DNA from: a virus
Lineage: Duplodnaviria > Caudoviricetes
Length of the DNA: 64,000 bases
Virus record (IMG/VR): IMGVR_UViG_3300001531_000060
Coordinates: 1-64,000 of that record
Strand: one strand, 5' to 3'
Below the pieces are notes generated by a model. It was not told the origin of the DNA and searched no databases. It saw nothing but the letters and a program-made list of their open reading frames with translations. Position numbers and translations under genes: made by a program. Every line of letters begins with the position of its first letter. The first letter of the stretch is position 1. Below are positions 57,916 to 64,000 of this stretch, one piece after another.

Positions 57916-59121
57916 ATGTCATTAAGATTACCAGTTGAAATATCATGGTGTCCGGATGATGCAATAACATCTGCTGTAGATGAAAACGGTAATGCATTGT
58001 ATCCATATGTGAGAATATATAGATCTAGACATGAAACATTTGGTTATGATTTAGTAAGCGCAGATGTAGTTATATCAGACAATAAATATCCTATACAGTT
58101 TGTTGAAGGCGAGTCATGTAGAAATTTGAGCTTTAATAAAGGGTTTGAGATAGATACATTCCTAGATTCGATACATAGTGGTGGAAATAATAAAGTAGTT
58201 CTACTTACTTTAGGTTCACAAGAACCTGAAAAGGTAGAACTTTTCTCAATTAAAGACGATCAAGGTGGCTACAGACTTTGTTTAGATGATAATAGAATAG
58301 TATATAATTCAGTTCAATATGGATATATAAAACCAGGTTGGCATTGTTTACACTATAACGTAGGTAATTTAATTTTAAATATGACAGAGTTACCTATAGT
58401 TTATGTTAATCCTGCACTAACAAATGAGTTGGTAAGTAACAGTATTAACTACGACGAAAGAAATCCTTATGTTGAGAACAGAGTTATATCAGAAATAAGT
58501 TCTCAAATAAATGGATATTGGGTTAACAAGTGGACAGATCCAACAATAGATATTAGATGTAAAGATTCTTACTATTATATTATAAAATATTTAAATGCAG
58601 ATAAAACATATGAATCTAAATTCTTTTTACCTAGAAAATCATTAACACCGAAGGAACAAAGACTAGTTAATCATTTAAAGATCTGGCTTACAAATTGGAT
58701 AACAAATTGCGCAACTGACGATGAAATTCGTGCAGGTATTAAATTTGCTTTGGAATCTTTAAATATTAAGTCTCCAGTTACACATTTTACAATAGAATCC
58801 CTTCCAGAAATATTAGAGTCTGTTCTTATGGTAGGAAGTGCAATATATACATTAATGGTACACTACTTAGGTATTGCGTTTACAGATGTTTCTTACACAG
58901 ATTCTGGCGTATCTATTACAATTGATAGAGGACAGAAAATTCAAAACGCTATAGATAAAGCTACAGCATATTATGATAAATTGATTGATGTAGCAAAATT
59001 GCATTACTTGAATGCAGGGTGTTCGATCGGAAGCATCCCATTAAACTTAAGCTTGGGTGGGCGTTTATCAGGAAATATATTAGGAGCAATTTCCAACCTT
59101 TTCAATGCTATAGGTAGATAG
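57916..59121 (+). CDS. putative virion structural protein (head-tail joining/neck candidate)
   Basis: 401 aa, AGGAGG RBS; helical C-terminus with SYTDSGVSITIDR; positional inference. Confidence 0.4.
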   Translation: MSLRLPVEISWCPDDAITSAVDENGNALYPYVRIYRSRHETFGYDLVSADVVISDNKYPIQFVEGESCRNLSFNKGFEIDTFLDSIHSGGNNKVVLLTLGSQEPEKVELFSIKDDQGGYRLCLDDNRIVYNSVQYGYIKPGWHCLHYNVGNLILNMTELPIVYVNPALTNELVSNSINYDERNPYVENRVISEISSQINGYWVNKWTDPTIDIRCKDSYYYIIKYLNADKTYESKFFLPRKSLTPKEQRLVNHLKIWLTNWITNCATDDEIRAGIKFALESLNIKSPVTHFTIESLPEILESVLMVGSAIYTLMVHYLGIAFTDVSYTDSGVSITIDRGQKIQNAIDKATAYYDKLIDVAKLHYLNAGCSIGSIPLNLSLGGRLSGNILGAISNLFNAIGR

Positions 59122-59158
59122 TTGAATTTAATCTAATATTTTAATATAATATACTGTT

Positions 59159-60187
59159 ATGAATAATTATATAGTTTATAAACATACTTTTCCTAATGGT
59201 AAAATTTATATAGGTATAACCTGTCGTAAACCTAAACTTCGTTGGAAAAATGGTAATGGTTATTCTAGTAATATTTATATGCAAAATGCTATTAATAAAT
59301 ATGGCTGGAATAATATAAAGCATGAGATTTTAAAAACAGGTTTAACATTAAATGAAGCTTGTAAATTAGAGCGTCAGTTTATTAATGATTTTAAAAGTAA
59401 TGAACGTGAGTTTGGATACAATATAGAGTCTGGTGGTACTCAAGGTAAAGAAATATCTGATGAAACGCGTTTAAAATTAAGCAACGCTATTAAGAAAATT
59501 AGATATAAATATAGTAAAAAAGTATATCAGTATGATCTTCAAGGAAATTTTATAAAAACTTGGTACTGTATTGCTGATGCAGTAAGTGCTTTAAATTTAA
59601 AAGAAAAAGCACGTGATGCAATAACAGAATGTTGTAAAGGTAGTTCATCTAAATGTCTAAGGTTGACAGCTTATAATTATATTTGGTTATATGATAATAA
59701 TATAGAAGAGCGTTTAAAGCAAATATCTAATATAAAAACAGCAAAATATAATAGCCATATTGTACCTATAATTCAATATACATTAGACGGAAAATTTTTA
59801 CATAAATTTGATAATGGTTCAGATGCAGCTAGATATATAAGCACCAAATTAAATAAAGATTATATTAATGTACATAGAAATATTCACGCTACTTGTGATG
59901 GTAGACAGAAATCCGCTTTCGGTTATATTTGGTTAAAGGATACAGATGATATTCAAGAACGTTTGAAAGAAATACAATCTAGTAGATATAATAAAATGAT
60001 TGGTATTCGTAGTAAACGTATTCAACAATATACCTTAACAGGTGATTTTATTACAGAATATAATTCTTTAACGGATGCTTGTAAAGCTTTAAAATTAGAT
60101 ATGAATTGTCGACCAACTATTTCACAATGCGGTAATGGTATTAAAAAATCTGCTTATGGTTATAAATGGAAGTATATTAACGAATAA
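59159..60187 (+). CDS. GIY-YIG homing endonuclease with NUMOD1-like repeats
   Basis: YIVYKH..NGKIYIGIT; three QYxLxGxF...AYxYxW repeats. Confidence 0.88.
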   Translation: MNNYIVYKHTFPNGKIYIGITCRKPKLRWKNGNGYSSNIYMQNAINKYGWNNIKHEILKTGLTLNEACKLERQFINDFKSNEREFGYNIESGGTQGKEISDETRLKLSNAIKKIRYKYSKKVYQYDLQGNFIKTWYCIADAVSALNLKEKARDAITECCKGSSSKCLRLTAYNYIWLYDNNIEERLKQISNIKTAKYNSHIVPIIQYTLDGKFLHKFDNGSDAARYISTKLNKDYINVHRNIHATCDGRQKSAFGYIWLKDTDDIQERLKEIQSSRYNKMIGIRSKRIQQYTLTGDFITEYNSLTDACKALKLDMNCRPTISQCGNGIKKSAYGYKWKYINE

Positions 60188-60189
60188 AC

Positions 60190-60210
60190 CCTTGACATAA
60201 CTATCATAAT
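60190..60210 (+). promoter_or_regulatory. repeated phage motif (candidate late promoter)
   Basis: CCTTGACATAACTATCATAAT. Confidence 0.75.
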
Positions 60211-60239
60211 ATGAGTAAAAACATTAGGAGTTTCTGTAA

Positions 60240-60746
60240 ATGTTTAAAATTTCTACATTCAAAATACAATCAAAAAGAGTTGAACTTCCTAAAGGGAATC
60301 TTAACTTAGATTCTCTTATAGTTTCATTTAATGAGATGTATCGCGATTATGTTATTTATTATCCAGGCTCAATAGATAAATATATAACAAATATAGGAGA
60401 TATTGAATTAGGCTTCGGACCAAGATATCTTCTGCATAAACTTTTAAGAGAAGTTAGAAAGGCAAATCCAGATGGTACTGTTGATAATGGTTCTGTTGTT
60501 GTAAAAACTATTCCACAGTTACCAGAACCTTTAGTTAGAAGACTTGGTAGTTTAAATAGAGAAGCTTGTGGTGAAGATTTTCCCACAAGCAATAAATCTA
60601 TTCCAGGTAGTTTTGGTGAACCAGAACACATGTTTATAGATACAGATGTAGAAGATAAAGCAGAAAGACATACACAAGAAACAAATGATCCAGACGGAAA
60701 AACAATAAAAGTTGTGATAAAAGATCCAAATAAACTTTTTGAATAG
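60240..60746 (+). CDS. hypothetical protein
   Basis: 168 aa, AGGAG RBS. Confidence 0.6.
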   Translation: MFKISTFKIQSKRVELPKGNLNLDSLIVSFNEMYRDYVIYYPGSIDKYITNIGDIELGFGPRYLLHKLLREVRKANPDGTVDNGSVVVKTIPQLPEPLVRRLGSLNREACGEDFPTSNKSIPGSFGEPEHMFIDTDVEDKAERHTQETNDPDGKTIKVVIKDPNKLFE

Positions 60747-60756
60747 GAGAGTATAT

Positions 60757-61752
60757 ATGTTTGATTTCTTTAAGAAAAAATCTTATACAGTTACACAGGA
60801 GAACGGAATGGAAAAATTAGTTACTGCTGCAGATATGAATAAAGCTGCAGAAGATGCTTTGAAAGCATTGGAAGCTTTGCCGGAGAATTATATTAAAGAT
60901 TTGATTGATTATACAAAATCTAGTATTGATCATGGAAATATTTCAAAAGAATTTTTAAAAATGATTATAAAAATTGTTGACGCAGTAAGTACAAAGAAAG
61001 CAAAAGAAGTTCAAAAAAGTTTAGATGATGAAGCTCCTGCTCCTAAACCAAAAGAAGAGAAGAAGGAAGAACCTAAAAAAGAAGAAGAGTCTAAGGAAGA
61101 ACTCAAGAAAGATGATATCTTAGATTTAGATAAAGTAGCAAGTGTTAATAAAGAATCTATTGTAAGATCTGCTGCAGATACAAATCCAGCAAGTTCTAAA
61201 TATAGAGCAGAAGGTATAAAGGAAAAACTTCTTGAAATTAATAAAGAAGTTGCAGTTAAATCAGATAATAAAGTTCAGAATATAGGTAATAATACGAAAG
61301 GAATTATAACTCCTGGAGATAAAAGTACAGTTGTTAAAGTTAAAGAAGAAACTGTAAAACCGGATATAGTTGTTGAAAATGTAAAAATAAAAATTATTAG
61401 AGATGACGGTGAGTTTGAAAAATTATTCCCGGAAAAGAATATAAAATTTCCTACCGGAGATAAAGTAGTTATTAAAGCTAGTGATAATAATGTAGAAATA
61501 GATACAGCTGTATTACAAACAAAACCAGAAGAGATTAAAGATAAAGTTGCTAAAGCAGTTGAGAAAGGTAATCCTACAGAAATAGAGCAAGTTGTTAATG
61601 AAACAGGTGTTGGAAAAACAGGAACGGCATCAATTTATGATCAAGTAATGAATACAGTTTTCAATAGAAGTGCGGAAGCTGATACTGAAGACACTGATAA
61701 ATTTGAAGAAGAGGTAAAAGAAGATTTGTCTTTATTAAATAATAAGGAGTAG
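60757..61752 (+). CDS. charged hypothetical protein (start re-called at MFDFFKK)
   Basis: AGGAG RBS before ATG 60757. Confidence 0.6.
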   Translation: MFDFFKKKSYTVTQENGMEKLVTAADMNKAAEDALKALEALPENYIKDLIDYTKSSIDHGNISKEFLKMIIKIVDAVSTKKAKEVQKSLDDEAPAPKPKEEKKEEPKKEEESKEELKKDDILDLDKVASVNKESIVRSAADTNPASSKYRAEGIKEKLLEINKEVAVKSDNKVQNIGNNTKGIITPGDKSTVVKVKEETVKPDIVVENVKIKIIRDDGEFEKLFPEKNIKFPTGDKVVIKASDNNVEIDTAVLQTKPEEIKDKVAKAVEKGNPTEIEQVVNETGVGKTGTASIYDQVMNTVFNRSAEADTEDTDKFEEEVKEDLSLLNNKE

Positions 61753-61755
61753 TTT

Positions 61756-62040
61756 ATGGAATTTGAAACTATTTTAACTGATATAGATAAATTAACAGAA
61801 GAACTCGATGTACTTGAGAAAGAGATTACTATAAATGCAAGTTCCCTATTTAATAATTTTTTAAATAAAGTTTTTGCAACAGGTATGTCTACGCAAGAAG
61901 TTTTAGAAATTAGCGAGTCAGATAATAATACTACAAAAAATAATCCGACAAATACAGAGAGTAATCAAATACCGATCATAGATAAAATAAATAATAAAGA
62001 AATTCCTTATGAAAATTCAATAATTAATGAGGTACAATAA
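61756..62040 (+). CDS. hypothetical protein
   Basis: 94 aa, AAGGAG RBS. Confidence 0.55.
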   Translation: MEFETILTDIDKLTEELDVLEKEITINASSLFNNFLNKVFATGMSTQEVLEISESDNNTTKNNPTNTESNQIPIIDKINNKEIPYENSIINEVQ

Positions 62041-62041
62041 T

Positions 62042-64000
62042 ATGGCTGATAACTTTAGTGATATAAAAGTGTCACAATTAGATGCATTCTTACAGAAATT
62101 TCCTAAATTAGATGCTTTATTGAAAGATAATGAAGGAATTTCTTTTTCTAGTTTCGAAATAATACTTCCTATTATTTTAGATAATTTTAATGAAATAAAA
62201 ACTAATATAGAAACATTTGCAAATGCAAATAGAAAAAATGCATTTGGTCAAATTGTTCTTTGGTTAAAAGATAATGGTTATATAGTAGATAATAAATTTG
62301 TTAATAAAGATATTAGCGTCGCAGATTTAACAAATTTTGCTGCATTTTATTGTAATACATTATTTAAAAATAATTTAATATCTACACAAGCTGGTAGTTT
62401 AAAAGATGCAACTTCAGGCGCAACAGAGTTGGCTCCGAATTTTTTTAACAAACAATTCGATATCGAAGGATTAACTAATGATAATGGTGAACAAGTTTCA
62501 TTAAGTTTGCATGACGGTATTTCAAAATTAAGATCACAACAGATATTATATTCAGATACTACAGATAAAGTATTGAGAGATCTTGTTGTCGATAGATTTA
62601 ATATCGGTGATTCAAAGAAAATAGGTGTAGATCCTTCCGGAAAATCAGTATTTTTCGGATCATATGTTAATACACAAATAACAAATAACTGGAATAAATT
62701 AATTCATAAAGAAAATATAATAAAGAAATTGTTATCTGTTCCTGAATTACAAGATGAAGCTTGGGTTAATAAAGATGTAGATTCAATTTCTTTTTATGAA
62801 CATTTAAAAGAGTGTGTTAAAAATAATGTTGGAAATTTAAAAGATGATGCTGAGATAAAAAATATAGTTGATAACTTTGATCCTAGATCAGTATTATTTT
62901 TGACTCAGAAATTAGAGGATACAGCTACTAAAAATTATGTTCCAGATAATCGTTATAAAGATACAAAAATATTTGTAGGTCTTATAGATGATGTTAAAAA
63001 ACATATTTCGAAAATAGGTTTTATTATTAAGAAACTTGAATTGAAAGAACCAGGAAGTATGTCAGAGAAAATTTATGATTCAAGAGAAGATACATTTACA
63101 ATACCAAAACCAACAACTTCTGCAGATACAGATGCTTTTAAACAATTATTAGTAAGTGACATTAATACAGATGAAGATTCTATAAAACAAAGAATAGATG
63201 CTATAGATGATCAAACTTTATATTCGATAGATCATAATTTAGCTAACCCATATACAGAATCTTATTTAGTGAAATGGTTTACTACATTATTTACAAAAAA
63301 GGTTTTAGCAGAGCAATACGGTTTTACTGCAGTTGAGAAAGGAAATGAATTAGTTTTTAGATATTCTGGTGAAGAAAAAACAGATGCGTCAGATTCTTTA
63401 AGTGCATACTTAAGTAAATTAAGAGGCATTATAAAAAAGTATAAAGATTATTTAGCAGTTTTAAAATATATCGTTAAATCTATTACTTCTGGTAAATATA
63501 ATTTTGATACATCAGAACTTGCTACAATACATGCATCAACCACACAGCTTTACTTACGTGGTTACGCAACTACTTTCGGTGAGAAATTAGGAGATTTAGC
63601 AGAGTATTCGAAATCAAAAGATTTGAATGATGTTAATTTTAAATCAATTGTAGATAGTAATGAATTACAAAAATTTGTTTTAGACGCTGCATCTTTAGCA
63701 GCTAATACATTACTCCCTATTAATGATGATTTAGAAGAAATTGCGAGTATGGAATATAAAAAATTTAAAATGGATCAGCCGTTGGATAAAGAAGAATTTA
63801 ATGCTATTTATAAAGAAAAACAACAAGAAGCAGAGTTATTTATTCAAAGTATAAAATCTTATGTCAATGAAAAGTTGAATAATTTACAAACTACACCGAC
63901 AGAGTCTGTTGAAGATTTAGATTTGTATTTAGGTAAGTACAGTAATTTCATCAATGCTTTAACTTTAAAAAGAGAAGCAGCACATAAATTTGATGAATCA
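62042..64000 (+). CDS. large hypothetical protein, 3'-truncated by the window (not in ORF track)
   Basis: ATG 62042 (MADNFSDIKV), GAGG RBS; frame open at every point spot-checked, including the last codons (TLKREAAHKFDES). Confidence 0.7.
   Translation, partial: MADNFSDIKVSQLDAFLQKFPKLDALLKDNEGISFSSFEIILPIILDNFNEIKTNIETFANANRKNAFGQIVLWLKDNGYIVDNKFVNKDISVADLTNFAAFYCNTLFKNNLISTQAGSLKDATSGATELAPNFFNKQFDIEGLTNDNGEQVSLSLHDGISKLRSQQILYSDTTDKVLRDLVVDRFNIGDSKKIGVDPSGKSVFFGSYVNTQITNNWNKLIHKENIIKKLLSVPELQDEAWVNKDVDSISFYEHLKECVKNNVGNLKDDAEIKNIVDNFDPRSVLFLTQKLEDTATKNYVPDNRYKDTKIFVGLIDDVKKHISKIGFIIKKLELKEPGSMSEKIYDSREDTFTIPKPTTSADTDAFKQLLVSDINTDEDSIKQRIDAIDDQTLYSIDHNLANPYTESYLVKWFTTLFTKKVLAEQYGFTAVEKGNELVFRYSGEEKTDASDSLSAYLSKLRGIIKKYKDYLAVLKYIVKSITSGKYNFDTSELATIHASTTQLYLRGYATTFGEKLGDLAEYSKSKDLNDVNFKSIVDSNELQKFVLDAASLAANTLLPINDDLEEIASMEYKKFKMDQPLDKEEFNAIYKEKQQEAELFIQSIKSYVNEKLNNLQTTPTESVEDLDLYLGKYSNFINALTLKREAAHKFDES

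Overview
A 64-kb slice of a large, very AT-rich tailed dsDNA phage genome (standard genetic code; no tRNA or CRISPR array seen). Bases 1-16.6 kb are transcribed leftward: small accessory ORFs, nucleotide metabolism (phosphoesterase, ThyX, dUTPase), a tnpB-only IS200/IS605 element, a cold-shock protein, a HicB-like ORF and a tail-fibre/receptor-binding cluster. Bases 16.7-64 kb are transcribed rightward: a candidate structured ncRNA, replication/recombination genes (RuvC-like, DnaC-like, DnaB, split primase, RecA, split SbcC plus SbcD, UDG-fused PolA), GroES/GroEL, a NusG-like and a sigma-region-4-like regulator, then the head module (intein-containing TerL, portal, prohead protease, scaffold, major capsid), lysis genes and five free-standing homing endonucleases. 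Best leads: (1) seven otherwise unrelated small proteins share an N-terminal MSRWL tag, a candidate capsid-targeting/processing signal; (2) a 21-bp motif CCTTGACA-N4-TATCATAWT occurs seven times, ahead of virion gene blocks and of tnpB, a candidate late-promoter regulon next to the NusG/sigma-like pair; (3) the TnpB element abuts a -35 box exactly, so its predicted guide starts with TTGACA; (4) a covarying RNA leader precedes two unrelated homing endonucleases; (5) a pseudoknotted ncRNA candidate at the divergence point. All family assignments are from motif recognition by eye; no database search was run.
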